A stretch of DNA of 64,000 nt from Chloroflexota bacterium. GTDB taxonomy: Bacteria > Chloroflexota > UBA11872 > VXOZ01. Below are positions 28,711 to 39,343 of this stretch, piece by piece; the first letter of the stretch is position 1, and every line of letters starts with the position of its first letter. A model generated the notes under the pieces. The model saw only the letters and a list, made by a program, of their open reading frames with translations, had not been told where the DNA came from and searched no databases. The position numbers and the translations under genes were made by a program. Location: assembly GCA_964291655.2 (NCBI GenBank), contig OZ219802.1, positions 1,632,001 to 1,696,000 on the forward strand. The letters run 5' to 3'.

Positions 28711-29097
28711 CTCCGGTAGCGCAGGTTTGTAACCTGCGTCCGCAGTTGTTAAAAAACAAACATACGGGCACGACGCGTCGTGCCGCTACATCACGCCGAG
28801 GCGAATACCTGTGTATGTAGGTTGTCCCGCTCCGGTACCGCAGGTTTGTAACCTGCGTCCGCAGTTGCGAGAGAGTCAAACGTACGGGCAAGACGTGTCG
28901 TGCCGCTACATCACGCCGAGGCGATTAACTTTGGATGAAGGTTGTCCCGCTTCGGTAGCGCAGGTTTGCAACCTGCGTCCGTAGTTGCGAGAGAGTCAAA
29001 CGTTCGGGCACGACGTGTCGTGCCGCTACATCACGCCGAGGCGATTAACTGTGGATGTAGGTTGTCCCGCTCCGGTAGCGCAGGTTTGTAACCTGCG
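28711..29097. repeat. BIME-like ~120-bp tandem repeat (3 units plus a partial) of two different GTAG REPs
   Basis: Each unit = CCGGTAGCGCAGGTTTGTAACCTGCG + linker + GGGCACGAC(G)(C/T)GTCGTGCCGCTAC + linker; linkers are homologous. Confidence 0.88.
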
Positions 29098-29158
29098 ACC
29101 GGGTGTCCCGGATGAGTGGCGAGGGCAAAGCGGCGTCTTACGGAATTGAACAGGTGTT

Positions 29159-29186
29159 GTAGGGGCACGATATATCGTGCCCCTCC
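29159..29186. repeat. RAYT-cognate REP GTAGGGGCACGATATATCGTGCCCCT
   Basis: Same palindrome as the REPs flanking the RAYT gene. Confidence 0.85.
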
Positions 29187-29230
29187 GTGCGGCGAACGGA
29201 ATTACGGGAGAAAACCTCAAAGGAACTGAA

Positions 29231-30064
29231 ATGACGAACACAAGCTGCTCCACGGCGCTCTTTCGAGACCGCGAACTGCCTGCCGCTCTTGACGCCATTG
29301 CCGCAGTCGGGTTTCCTCAGGTGGAACTCAACGTGCGGGAACCCCACGTCCATGGGTCGGATGCTGCAGAAGAGCGCCGTCTCCTGGAGCTCTTTGCGGG
29401 GCATGCGGTGCACGCGCGGACGATGCACGCGCCATCGGGCCGCTCCATTCTGGGTACATTGGATCAGGAGTGGCACCAGGAAAGCGTAGGCATTCTCGCA
29501 CCATACGTGCGCATGGCCGGCAATCTCGGTCTCACCGAAGTGGTGATCCACCCTATCCCAAGCCCGACCCTGGTGCCCGACGCCGCGGAACCCACGCTGG
29601 GCCGGCGGATGGAGGAGGGCATACGGCGCTCGCTCGACACGCTGCTGCCCGTAATCGAGGAGGCCGGCGTCCGTGTGACACTGGAAAATCTGCCGTATCC
29701 GGATTATCCGCTCAACAACATGGGGGACTTGCGAAAGGTGATTGAGCCCTATCCCAGCGCTTCAGTGGGGCTCATCTTGGACTTTGGGCATGCCGGTAGG
29801 GTCGGACGCGATCCGGAGGACGAATTGCGCGCCGCCGGAGAGCGCCTTTGCGGCACCCATATGCACGACATCGACTCCCGTGACGGCTTGGTGGACCACC
29901 ACTCGCCCGCCCTGGACTACTTTGACTGGGCCGCAATCCGCCGCACGTTCACCGAAATAGGCTACGAGGGACCTTGGACCATGGAAGTCTCCAAGACGAG
30001 CGGCGGCGAGAGTCTGGAAGAACTGGTCGAGGAAGTCAGCGCCTGGCTAGCCAATTGGCTGTAG
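29231..30064 (+). CDS. Sugar phosphate isomerase/epimerase (xylose isomerase-like TIM barrel)
   Basis: VELN, VVIHP, TLENL, LILDFGHA, THMHD, WTME. Confidence 0.88.
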   Translation: MTNTSCSTALFRDRELPAALDAIAAVGFPQVELNVREPHVHGSDAAEERRLLELFAGHAVHARTMHAPSGRSILGTLDQEWHQESVGILAPYVRMAGNLGLTEVVIHPIPSPTLVPDAAEPTLGRRMEEGIRRSLDTLLPVIEEAGVRVTLENLPYPDYPLNNMGDLRKVIEPYPSASVGLILDFGHAGRVGRDPEDELRAAGERLCGTHMHDIDSRDGLVDHHSPALDYFDWAAIRRTFTEIGYEGPWTMEVSKTSGGESLEELVEEVSAWLANWL

Positions 30065-30191
30065 CAGCCTGAGAGCAAATTCGTCCCTCGGCTAACTCCC
30101 CCCTAGACTCCGGCTTCCGCCGGAGTGACGGCTTCGAGGTCAACCGCGTCTTTCAATTCAATTACTTTGGCAAGCGCCGCCGAAATGGCAT

Positions 30192-30911
30192 TTACTGCCG
30201 TCGCCATGTTGCTTCCAACCGGTCCTGTGGCGTGAAGCCGAGGAGGCGCTCGTTCTTTTCGTTGGAATACCGCTGGTGCGGCAGGTCGGCGTGGATATTG
30301 AAGACCTCGCAGCGGGAGGGGAGCGTTGCCAGGTCTACCGTGAGACCCAGGCGAATGGCCTGCGCCGCGTCGCGCCACGTGATGGCGAAAGGGTGGTTGC
30401 TGCCCGGCTCCGGCGCGTCGTGGTCGCGAAAGCTGAAGAAGAGGAAGCAGAGCACGTGGACGTTGTGGTTCTCGGTGAAGACCTTGCAGATCTCCTGTCC
30501 CAGCCCTTTGCTGAGCGCGTAGAGATTGGTGCTGGGATGCGGCGGCACGTCGGGGCTGATCTCGTAGTCGAACGTGGTGTACGTGTCGCCCTCTATCGTG
30601 AAGTGCGGACCGGTATTGAGCACGCGCGGGATGCCATGAGCAACGGCCGCGCGCATCATGTTGTAGCAGCCGCGTGTATTCACGTCGAAGGCCGCCTGGC
30701 GGTCGGGCCGCACCACTGAGCAGTTGACGATGGCGTCCATGCCCTCCGCAGCGCGGAGCACCTCTTCCGGTGAGCCAATATCCACGGGCTGAAACTCATG
30801 GGGTGTGTCCACTGGAATAATGTCCGTGACGCGCAGCGTATGTTCTCCTTCCAGCGCACGAATGACGTAGGGTCCGAGACGCGCCGCACCGCCGAGAATC
30901 AAGACGTTCAT
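30192..30911 (-). CDS. NAD(P)-dependent epimerase/dehydratase (uronate dehydrogenase-like SDR)
   Basis: ILGGAARLG, VNTRGCYN, YALSK (YxxxK). Confidence 0.85.
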   Translation of the reverse strand: MNVLILGGAARLGPYVIRALEGEHTLRVTDIIPVDTPHEFQPVDIGSPEEVLRAAEGMDAIVNCSVVRPDRQAAFDVNTRGCYNMMRAAVAHGIPRVLNTGPHFTIEGDTYTTFDYEISPDVPPHPSTNLYALSKGLGQEICKVFTENHNVHVLCFLFFSFRDHDAPEPGSNHPFAITWRDAAQAIRLGLTVDLATLPSRCEVFNIHADLPHQRYSNEKNERLLGFTPQDRLEATWRRQ

Positions 30912-31636
30912 GATGCTTCCCCCGCGTGGCGCTGGCGTGGAGCATAGCCGAGCGCAGCCCGCGCCTTGTCCGTGCTGAAGCGAGCCTCCGGGAATGCGGA
31001 CTGAATGTGGTAGATCGACCACGGTTCCGGCGGCGCTGCCAACGCGCACTGGAAAGCGTGCACGGCGTCAGCACGAGCCAGCCACAGCGGATCATCCGGC
31101 TGCGCGTCAGCGTCGTCAGGTTGTTCCAGGTTCCCCAAACGCAGGCAGGTAACGGCAATGCGCCCTTCCCGCGCGAATTCGCGGCAGACGAATTCGCCCA
31201 GGTGCTGCGCCAATATCGTCGGCTCCGGGGAAGGCCGGGGCCGCCACTGTTCGTCGACGGCCCAATCCTCCTCACAACCCGTAAACAGGCTCAGGCTGCT
31301 GGCGTAGATGCACCGAGGCACGCCGGCCTCGCTGGCGGCGAGCAAGAGGTTATAGGTGCATCGGGTCTGATGGTCGATCAGCCGGTTCGCGAAGTCTGCC
31401 GCATTGCCAGTTGCATCATCAGCGTACGTTGAAAAGCAATCGGCCAGGTGGATGAGCACGTCCACATCTTCCACCAGCCGGTCGGTTGCCGCAGCGTGAC
31501 CGAGGTCGCAGCGCACAAAAGGGAATGGAGTTGACACGTCCCCGACATCGGTCAGGCGTACGTTATGCTCACTTGCGAACGTTGCCGCCAGGTCTGCGGC
31601 CAACGCGGAAGCGGCGGAAGTAATGAGAATGTTCAC
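30908..31636 (-). CDS. SDR/epimerase paralog with degenerate NAD-binding and catalytic motifs
   Basis: ILITSAASALA in place of the Gly-rich motif; ILAQH where YxxxK is expected; overlaps the polA stop and the next start. Confidence 0.78.
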   Translation of the reverse strand: MNILITSAASALAADLAATFASEHNVRLTDVGDVSTPFPFVRCDLGHAAATDRLVEDVDVLIHLADCFSTYADDATGNAADFANRLIDHQTRCTYNLLLAASEAGVPRCIYASSLSLFTGCEEDWAVDEQWRPRPSPEPTILAQHLGEFVCREFAREGRIAVTCLRLGNLEQPDDADAQPDDPLWLARADAVHAFQCALAAPPEPWSIYHIQSAFPEARFSTDKARAALGYAPRQRHAGEAS

Positions 31637-34377
31637 CCCAGCGGCTCCATTTCATCCCAGCTCGCCCCTACCTTCGCATCCACCTTCACCGGCACGTCCA
31701 GCGCGACGGCATTCTCCATGAGCGGCACCACCAGATCGGCGCTCGCGTCTAAAACGGCTTCATCGCACTCAAAGACCAGTTCGTCGTGCACCTGCAGCAG
31801 CATACGCACCGGCAGGCCGGTTGCCGCCAGTTGCTCGGCCACGTGCAGCATGGCTACTTTGATGATGTCGGCGGACGTGCCCTGCACAGGCATGTTGATG
31901 GCCATCCGCTCGGCGGCCTGGCGCACGTTGAAATTCGATGCCTGCAACTCCCGTATGTAGCGGCGGCGTCCCAAGACCGTCTCCACGTAGCCGTGTTCGT
32001 GTGCGAACTGCTTCGTCTTATCCATGTACTCCCGCACACTTTTATAGGTATCGAAGTAATTCTCGATGAAATCCGCCGCTGCTTTGAAGTCAAGGTCGGT
32101 GCGTTGTTCCAGCCCGTGAGCGGTCACGCCGTAGATGATGCCGAAGTTCACGGTCTTTGCCGTGCGCCGCATGGCAGCGGTAACGTCGTCCATCGCCACG
32201 TCGAAGAGCTGGCTGGCAGTGAAGGAGTGAATGTCCTCCTCGTTGCGAAACGCCTTGCAAAGCTCCTTATCTTGGCTCAGGTGCGCCAGCACGCGCAGGT
32301 CGATCTGCGAGTAGTCGGCAGCCAGCAACACGTGATTGGGGGCGCCCGCGACGAACGCCTTGCGAATTTTGCGTCCCTCGTCGGTGCGGATGGGGATGTT
32401 CTGCAGGTTGGGGTCGTTGGATGAGAGCCGCCCGGTGGCCGCGCCGGTCTGTTCGAATGACGTGTGGATGCGGTGCGTCAGTGGGTTCACCTTCGTCGGC
32501 AGCGCGTCGAGATACGTGGACTTGAGCTTCGTAAGCTGGCGGTATTCGAGTACATGCCCAATTACGGGATGTGCCTCCCGAAGCGCTTCCAGGATCGAGG
32601 AATCGGTGGAAAACCCGGTCTTCGTCTTCTTGGTTAACTCGATGCCAAGCTCGTTGACGAGGATATCGCCGAGTATCTTGGGCGAGTTGATTTTGAATTC
32701 ATGCCCGACATCCTCATATATCTCGCCCGTGATCTTCTCAATGCGCCCTGCCATGTCTTCTGTAAGCCGCTGGAGCAGGTCCACGTCCACGGCGATGCCT
32801 GCAAACTCCATGTGCGCAATCACGGTCGCCAACGGCAACTCAAGTTCATCATGCAGCTTGCGCACGCTCCGTTCATCGAGGACTTTGCTCAGGGCAGCGC
32901 GGAGAGCCAAAAGCACCTCTGTTTCATGCGCGGCTGTTTGCGCCAAGACAGCGGGATCGGCGCCGGCCAGCGCTTTCTTGCGGTCGCGCAAGTCGTCCAC
33001 GCTCTCCATTGTCGCTCCGAGTACGTCAAAGACCACGTGCTTAAGCGCGGTGGAGCGCGTGCCGGTGACATTGGCAAGATAGCCGGCCAGGTGGCAATCG
33101 AAGACGACACCGGACAGGAAGATGCCCTGAGCAAGCAAAGCCAAGCTCAAAGTCTTGGCATCGAATACGACCTTAGGCACATTCGTGTCTTCGAGCACGG
33201 GCCTGACGGCCTGAAGCGCAGAAGCATCGGCCACGTCAACGTAAGCGGCTTCACTGTCGCCCCACGCTAGTGCGAGACCAAGCAGCCGGGGCCAGGCGGG
33301 TGGATCGGGGTCTAGGACTGGCGTCACGGCAACTTCACCGACGTCACACAGCGCGGCGCAAAGTTGCGCTATGGCGCCGGACTCGCTCAGAACCTGAGCC
33401 TGTGTGTCAGTCTTAGTCTCGCCAAAGAGCGCGCCCTGCTCCGGCGCCCCGGCCGGTTTGGGCAGGCGATCGAGCAACGAACGAAAACTCAACTCTTGGA
33501 ACAAGGCGAGCACTTGCTCCCGATCGTAATCCCCCAATTCGCTAGCCCCGGGATCGAGCGCAATGTCAACGTCACGCACAATCGTCACCAACCCGCGGCT
33601 CTGCGCAAGCTGCTCTTTGTCCGCCGCCAGCGCCTTCTGTTGGCGCGTGGGCAGCTCATGGACATTGCTAAGAATACCCTCGATATCACCGTACTTCTGC
33701 AGGAGTGTCCCGGCGGTCTTCTTGCCGATACCGCGCACGCCCGGCACGTTATCGGAAGTATCGCCCACCAGGGCCTTATAGTCGATGACTTGTGCGGGGG
33801 TAAGTCCTTCAAAGCGCGCCGCAACCTCTGCGGGGCCGACCTCTGCCAGCTCGCCGGTGCGGGGCCGGGGCACGAGCAAGTGCACCACGTCGTCTACAAG
33901 CTGGTAGGCGTCGGTGTCGCCGGTCACGATAAAGGTGGGAATCTCCTGCTCCGCCGCCTGGCGCGAAAGGGTGCCGAGCACGTCATCAGCCTCGTAGCCC
34001 TCCACCGCAAAAATGGGAATGCTGAATGTATCAACCACCTGCCGCACCCTGTCCATCTGCTGATAGAGCAGCGGATCGCCTTCGGGTCGCGTCGCTTTGT
34101 AATCAGCGAACTGCTCGTGGCGAAAAGTGGGACCCGGCAGATCAAAGGCCACGACGACGTACTTTGGCTTGATCATATCGATTACGTAGAGCAGTGTGTT
34201 CGTGAAGCCAAAGACCGCGTTGGTCGGCTCGCCGGAAGCGCTGGTGAATTCCTTCGGCACCGCAAAGAACGCCCGATGGACGATGGAGTGTCCGTCTATG
34301 AGGACAAGCGAATCGGCCGGCATCTTGGCTTTTGTGGGACTCATCGGGGGAAATCCTATTGCTCGTTTTGCTGCCAT
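31633..34377 (-). CDS. polA: DNA polymerase I (start may be 34323)
   Basis: LIDGHS 5'-exonuclease domain, EADDVLGT, TGRLSSNDPNLQNIP, DYSQIDLR, KTVNFGIIYG, QVHDEL. Confidence 0.98.
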   Translation of the reverse strand: MAAKRAIGFPPMSPTKAKMPADSLVLIDGHSIVHRAFFAVPKEFTSASGEPTNAVFGFTNTLLYVIDMIKPKYVVVAFDLPGPTFRHEQFADYKATRPEGDPLLYQQMDRVRQVVDTFSIPIFAVEGYEADDVLGTLSRQAAEQEIPTFIVTGDTDAYQLVDDVVHLLVPRPRTGELAEVGPAEVAARFEGLTPAQVIDYKALVGDTSDNVPGVRGIGKKTAGTLLQKYGDIEGILSNVHELPTRQQKALAADKEQLAQSRGLVTIVRDVDIALDPGASELGDYDREQVLALFQELSFRSLLDRLPKPAGAPEQGALFGETKTDTQAQVLSESGAIAQLCAALCDVGEVAVTPVLDPDPPAWPRLLGLALAWGDSEAAYVDVADASALQAVRPVLEDTNVPKVVFDAKTLSLALLAQGIFLSGVVFDCHLAGYLANVTGTRSTALKHVVFDVLGATMESVDDLRDRKKALAGADPAVLAQTAAHETEVLLALRAALSKVLDERSVRKLHDELELPLATVIAHMEFAGIAVDVDLLQRLTEDMAGRIEKITGEIYEDVGHEFKINSPKILGDILVNELGIELTKKTKTGFSTDSSILEALREAHPVIGHVLEYRQLTKLKSTYLDALPTKVNPLTHRIHTSFEQTGAATGRLSSNDPNLQNIPIRTDEGRKIRKAFVAGAPNHVLLAADYSQIDLRVLAHLSQDKELCKAFRNEEDIHSFTASQLFDVAMDDVTAAMRRTAKTVNFGIIYGVTAHGLEQRTDLDFKAAADFIENYFDTYKSVREYMDKTKQFAHEHGYVETVLGRRRYIRELQASNFNVRQAAERMAINMPVQGTSADIIKVAMLHVAEQLAATGLPVRMLLQVHDELVFECDEAVLDASADLVVPLMENAVALDVPVKVDAKVGASWDEMEPLG

Positions 34378-34640
34378 GCGCGCCTACTTCTCGTTTTCTA
34401 GCATACGCCGCCACGATGCCCTGGGCAACACTACACCGTGAATTCGAAGCGCCTGCTAACGGCAGCGGGGGCGTAAGGGGACGAAGTTTTCTGGTAGGGT
34501 TTCAAGGAGATGCATTCAGTAATTGGTGGAGAGTATCCGGCTAAGTTGCAGCGCACCGCCTCCCTCTGTTGGCGAGGACTGCCGTGTCAACACTGGTCCC
34601 GTACCTAGCGGCTAGGGCGGAATGAACGTCAGGAGATGTC

Positions 34641-35696
34641 GTGCAAATTAGATATTTCTTCGTTCGCAATAGCGACGCCCCGGAACTCATAGAGCTCTTT
34701 CTCGTCGCGGGCATCGCGTCGGTGTTGGCAATCCGAGGGGCCCTTGCCGCCACCGGCTATCCGCAGTTGGGCGGCGATGGACTGCACATTGCGCACATGC
34801 TCTGGGGCGGCCTCTTCATGACCGTGGCCTTGCTCCTGCTATTTGCCGCGTTGGGCCGGGTGGCCCAGCGGCTGGCCGCCATTCTGGGAGGCATTGGGTT
34901 TGGCACGTTCATTGATGAATTGGGCAAATTCATCACCAGCGACAACGACTATTTCTACGAGCCCACCATCGGCCTGATCTACATTATCTTCATCGCGATC
35001 TTTCTGGTGCTCGAAGCCTTTCGACGGCAGGAGCCGGGACCGACGGAGGCGCTGGCGAATGCCTTCAATCAACTGGAGTTGGCCGCCGGCAGACCGCTCG
35101 ACGCCGATACCAAGCGCACAACCCTTGATTTGCTGGCGAAGTCCGATACGTCCGACCCAATTGTCCAAGGGCTAACCAGGTTTGTGCGGACTATCGAACC
35201 GCAGCCCGTACCGGACATGAGCTTCTACTTTCGCGCGCGGGACTACGCCGTGCGTCTCTACAGCCGGGTGGTGCTCTCGCGGTGGTTCAGGCCGGTGCTC
35301 ATTGGATTCTTCCTGTTGTTTGCCGTTTTTCAGATTGCCATAGTGCTGCTCATTGTTGCGGCCGGGCTTCTTGCCGGCGGGTTCGACGAGATGCAGCTAG
35401 GCTTCACAGGCTCTGCCACCCTCTGCTCTGTGGCGGTTACCGGTTTGCTGACGCTCATTGGCATCCTTCAGTTAAGACGTTCGCGACTTGCCGCCTACCA
35501 CTGGTTTGTGCGCAGCGTGCTGGTGAGCATCTTCGTGACACAGGTGTTTACGTTCTTGGAATCGGAACTCTCGGCGCTTTGGGGCTTTGCGCTCGACATC
35601 CTGATATACACCGCGCTCAAGATCATGATCGAGCAGGAGCAACGCATTGAATCGGGTGCAACGGCTCCGACTGCGCCGGCCGGGGATGAATCCTGA
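34641..35696 (+). CDS. Conserved multi-pass membrane protein
   Basis: TGYPQLGGDGLHIAHMLWGG, GFGTFIDELGKFITSDNDYF; about 8 TM segments. Confidence 0.8.
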   Translation: MQIRYFFVRNSDAPELIELFLVAGIASVLAIRGALAATGYPQLGGDGLHIAHMLWGGLFMTVALLLLFAALGRVAQRLAAILGGIGFGTFIDELGKFITSDNDYFYEPTIGLIYIIFIAIFLVLEAFRRQEPGPTEALANAFNQLELAAGRPLDADTKRTTLDLLAKSDTSDPIVQGLTRFVRTIEPQPVPDMSFYFRARDYAVRLYSRVVLSRWFRPVLIGFFLLFAVFQIAIVLLIVAAGLLAGGFDEMQLGFTGSATLCSVAVTGLLTLIGILQLRRSRLAAYHWFVRSVLVSIFVTQVFTFLESELSALWGFALDILIYTALKIMIEQEQRIESGATAPTAPAGDES

Positions 35697-35935
35697 GAAG
35701 CGCTCCTCGCCGCAAAGAAGAGCGGCAACGCCGCGGTGTTCCGGCCCGATGGGGAAAGGCAGGCACTACGGCAGTCTGCCATGCATGCTTTCCCTCACCG
35801 GTAGTTTGGCCGGGTTTTGCGGGGATAGCCGCCAAGAGATGGATAACACGGCGGGACGGCCCACCTGCATGGCATAATCTACATACATACGTGCACCTTT
35901 GACGCTAGGGGCGCTGTCTCAAATCAGAAAGCAAT

Positions 35936-36598
35936 GTGATGTTACCGGTACCCAGAACCAAGGCGCAGGCACGGGCAAGCTACGACAGGATGAGCGGCTC
36001 GTACGACCTCTTTGCCGGCGCCTTTGAAAAACGACTGCGCGATCGAGCGTTGGAGCGGCTGGGTATTGCAATGGGCGAGACTGTCTTGGAGATCGGCTTC
36101 GGCACGGGACACAGTCTGGTGCAGATCGCCCAAGCCGTGGGCCCCAATGGCCGCGTGCACGGCGTGGATCTCTCCGCCGGCATGCGTGAGGTCAGCCAAC
36201 GGCGGCTGGACCGGGCGGGAATGTCGGAGAGAGTGGCATTGCACTGCGGCGACGCGGCACATCTGCCGTATGCAGATGAGACTCTCGATGCCGTCTTCAT
36301 GAGTTTCACGCTGGAACTGTTCAATACGCCCGAAATCCCAATCGTGCTCGGCGAAATCAGGCGAGTCCTGAAGCCAAACGGCAGGCTGGGTGTGGTCAGC
36401 TTATCGCGAGAGGACGGCACTTCGCTGATGGTGCGGGTGTATGAATGGCTGCACCAACGCCTGCCGCAGCTTATAGACTGCCGGCCCATCTACGTGGAGC
36501 AGGCGCTCAATGAGGCCGGTTTCCAGCAAACTCACAGCGAAAGAGAGAAACTCTGGGGTCTGCCGACAAAGATTGCGGTGGGGGTGAAGGGCCTCTAA
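35936..36598 (+). CDS. Class I SAM-dependent methyltransferase (UbiE-like)
   Basis: VLEIGFGTG, GVDLS, GDAAHLPY, RRVLKPNG. Confidence 0.9.
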   Translation: MMLPVPRTKAQARASYDRMSGSYDLFAGAFEKRLRDRALERLGIAMGETVLEIGFGTGHSLVQIAQAVGPNGRVHGVDLSAGMREVSQRRLDRAGMSERVALHCGDAAHLPYADETLDAVFMSFTLELFNTPEIPIVLGEIRRVLKPNGRLGVVSLSREDGTSLMVRVYEWLHQRLPQLIDCRPIYVEQALNEAGFQQTHSEREKLWGLPTKIAVGVKGL

Positions 36599-36802
36599 GT
36601 GAGAGCCTGCAAAACTCCTGAGAATCGAAAACGGTATCTTTCGTGCAAACCCTGTGCAATTCGGTGGCTTGCCCCCCGCTCTGGGAAATCTACCTAAACG
36701 ATGGGCGAATGGGTTCCCCGCGGGCGCGGGATGAACTTCATTTAGCGCCGCGCTCGACGCAGTCGTTGGGGCGAGGATCGTAACACTCCAACTCTCTCAT
36801 CG

Positions 36803-37034
36803 GAGACCTTTGCGTAACTAGCCCCTGAGGAAAGTGTGTTACACCCTCTCCCTGGGAGGCTGTCTCATATGTCGACACGATAGCCGACATCGTGCGTCGA
36901 TCCTTCGGCAAGCCTGTGCTGAGCCTGTCGATGGTTCGAAGGGCAAGAATCCCCGGAACGATGCATTCTTGAGACGACCTCCTGGGGAGAGGGAGTAATT
37001 CTCGCACCGCCGTCCGGAAATGCGCCAAGGTCTC
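36803..37034. mobile_element. Degenerate family-B MITE
   Basis: GAGACCTTTGCGTAAC ... TGCGCCAAGGTCTC ends; no clear duplication. Confidence 0.5.
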
Positions 37035-37080
37035 CCAAGAAGATGCCCCTGCAATGCATCTATCCGGATTCAAATAGAGG

Positions 37081-37494
37081 TTATTCCCAGGGATTTTCCT
37101 GCGCCGCGAGCTCAGCACGAATGAATAGGTACGCTTGCAAGCAGGCCAGTTCAGGCGTTTCCGCTACCACGTCGGCGATGCGGCGGCTCACTTCGTCAAA
37201 GCAGATGCAGGCAAAGTCGCCCTGATAGCAATCTAACACGGTGTGAGGCGAGACCGCGTTCAGCATTGCAAGCAGCTGATCGAGGCGGGGCAGCCAGCAA
37301 ACGGTGCGGTCGGTTGCGAGTTCACCCTCGCGTTTCGCGGCGCTTTCATCAAGCAGGCTTACCGCGTCATCCTGCATCACCAAATCGCCGACGGTCGGCG
37401 TCCACTGTGCAGCCAATTCTCTGCGCGCCGCCCGGCACCGCTGGACGTAGCCTGGTGGAAAAGGATGGGTTCTATCCGGCTCGGCTTCGGACAT
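37081..37494 (-). CDS. Hypothetical protein
   Basis: MSEAEPDR...WTPTVGD...WLPRLDQL...TPELACLQA; coding-like; start uncertain. Confidence 0.65.
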   Translation of the reverse strand: MSEAEPDRTHPFPPGYVQRCRAARRELAAQWTPTVGDLVMQDDAVSLLDESAAKREGELATDRTVCWLPRLDQLLAMLNAVSPHTVLDCYQGDFACICFDEVSRRIADVVAETPELACLQAYLFIRAELAAQENPWE

Positions 37495-37816
37495 CGAGGG
37501 TCTGAACCTATCTACGCATTGTGGGACTGGCACAACCGGCCGCTGCCGCGGCAGCGCTACCCAGTGTATCATGGAAAATGAGGAGCGATGGTTGGGGGTC
37601 GCGCGTCCGTTGCTCAGCGTGCGGTATTGGACTGGAAGCAGGCGGACACACGCGCGCGCTTTATCTCCCTGGGTACCGGCTTGCTAATGATCACTTGCCG
37701 AATTGAATTCAATCCTCGGTAGCTACACGTAGCGTGGGGGCTTGTCCCCCGCTTCTTAGCGTGCGAAAACTACGCAATCTTGGGCACGACCCTTGGGCTG
37801 CAGGAAAGGTAGCTGC

Positions 37817-39154
37817 ATGAACAAGAGCGCAGATGCGCACTTCTCGAATTTAGGGCTGGCAGCTTTGAAGCTGGGGCTACTCTCGCTGCTGGTCGTCCTT
37901 GGCGCCACTCTCATCAGCTCGTGTGGCGGCGACGAGCCGGAGCCACCAGCCACTACGTCGGCCATCGCCACGGCCTTACCGACACAGATTCCTGCAACTG
38001 CAGTGCCGCAGCCAACCGCAGCAGTCGTCCCAACGGCGGTTCCCGTTCCCTCCGTTCAAACGCCAATGCCGCCGGCAGAAGGCGCATTTGGCCTGGAGAC
38101 CGTAGGTACGGGATTCAAGCGTCCGCTCTACCTCACATATGCACCCGGCGACGCCGGCGGACGGCTCTTCATCGTAGAGCAGAACGGCACGATCGCAATT
38201 CTCAAAGACGGTCGACGGCAGGAGCCACTGTTTCTCGATATAGACTCGCGCGTCGGCTCTAGCGCCAACGAGCAAGGCCTCTTGAGCATGGCATTCGATC
38301 CGGAATATGCGGCGAACGGCGTTTTCTACGTCTACTACACGGACAACCGGGGAGATACGGTGGTCGCCCGCTATCGCGTTTCTGCCGACAATCCCGACGC
38401 GGCCGATCCCGATAGCGAAGAAGTGCTCCTGCGCGTGGGGCAACCCTACGGCAATCACAACGGCGGCTTGATCAAGTTCGGCCCCGACGGCTATCTCTAC
38501 GTCGCCCTGGGTGACGGCGGCTCCGGCGGCGACCCGTTAGACAGCGGACAAGACCTGGGGACACTGCTTGGCACGCTGCTCCGTATCGACGTGCGCACAG
38601 GCGGCGGCTACGCCGTGCCGGCGGACAATCCATTCGTCGGACGTGAGGGGGTGCGAGCGGAGATCTGGGCATGGGGTCTGCGCAACGTCTGGCGATTCTC
38701 GTTCGACCGCGTTACCGGCGATCTCTTTATGGCCGACGTGGGGCAGAACAAGCTGGAAGAGGTGAGTTTCCAGCCGGCTGCCAGTCCGGGCGGCGAGAAC
38801 TATGGCTGGAATAGGTATGAGGGCAGCCAGCCCTACGGCAACCGCAGTTCGGAGGGCATGCTCCGTAGAGAGATGGTCTTTCCGATCGCGGAATACGGCC
38901 GCAGCGAGGGCTGTTCCGTTACCGGCGGTTACGTATATCGCGGCCAGCAGCTCCCGGCGCTCGCGGGCAACTACATCTTCGGCGACTACTGTTCCGGCAT
39001 CGTCTGGACCCTGACACCCCAGGCCGACGGCGCCTGGCTGCGCACCGTGCTCTTCGTCGCGCCATCGGAAATCACCTCTTTCGGTGAGGACGCCGACGGT
39101 GAAGTGTACGTGGTCATTCGCACCGGCACGATCTACCGCATCACGAGCACGTAA
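37817..39154 (+). CDS. PQQ-dependent sugar dehydrogenase (GSDH) lipoprotein
   Basis: LISSC lipobox, P/T linker, EQGLLSMAFDP, NHNGGLIKFGPDGYLY, GLRNVWRFSFD, NYGW. Confidence 0.92.
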   Translation: MNKSADAHFSNLGLAALKLGLLSLLVVLGATLISSCGGDEPEPPATTSAIATALPTQIPATAVPQPTAAVVPTAVPVPSVQTPMPPAEGAFGLETVGTGFKRPLYLTYAPGDAGGRLFIVEQNGTIAILKDGRRQEPLFLDIDSRVGSSANEQGLLSMAFDPEYAANGVFYVYYTDNRGDTVVARYRVSADNPDAADPDSEEVLLRVGQPYGNHNGGLIKFGPDGYLYVALGDGGSGGDPLDSGQDLGTLLGTLLRIDVRTGGGYAVPADNPFVGREGVRAEIWAWGLRNVWRFSFDRVTGDLFMADVGQNKLEEVSFQPAASPGGENYGWNRYEGSQPYGNRSSEGMLRREMVFPIAEYGRSEGCSVTGGYVYRGQQLPALAGNYIFGDYCSGIVWTLTPQADGAWLRTVLFVAPSEITSFGEDADGEVYVVIRTGTIYRITST

Positions 39155-39205
39155 CGCATTGCACAACACCATTGTGGTGTTCGAGCGAATTCCTGCGAAC
39201 GAGCT

Positions 39206-39233
39206 GTAGGGGCACGATATGTCGTGCCCCTAC
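39206..39233. repeat. RAYT-cognate REP
   Basis: GTAGGGGCACGATATGTCGTGCCCCTAC. Confidence 0.85.
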
Positions 39234-39343
39234 ATTAATTCTCTGATTGTGCGCCGCTTGTCTCTGGCTGTCCGGGATGAGTACAATGCAGCCAGAAACG
39301 CATTCGATTTCTCCTTGTGCCACGCTTTTGGGGGTCCTGTGCT

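Noticed and set aside
28711-29097. Regular repeats resembling a CRISPR array
   Set aside because: The 'spacers' are homologous to each other, the repeats are GTAG REPs, and no cas genes are present
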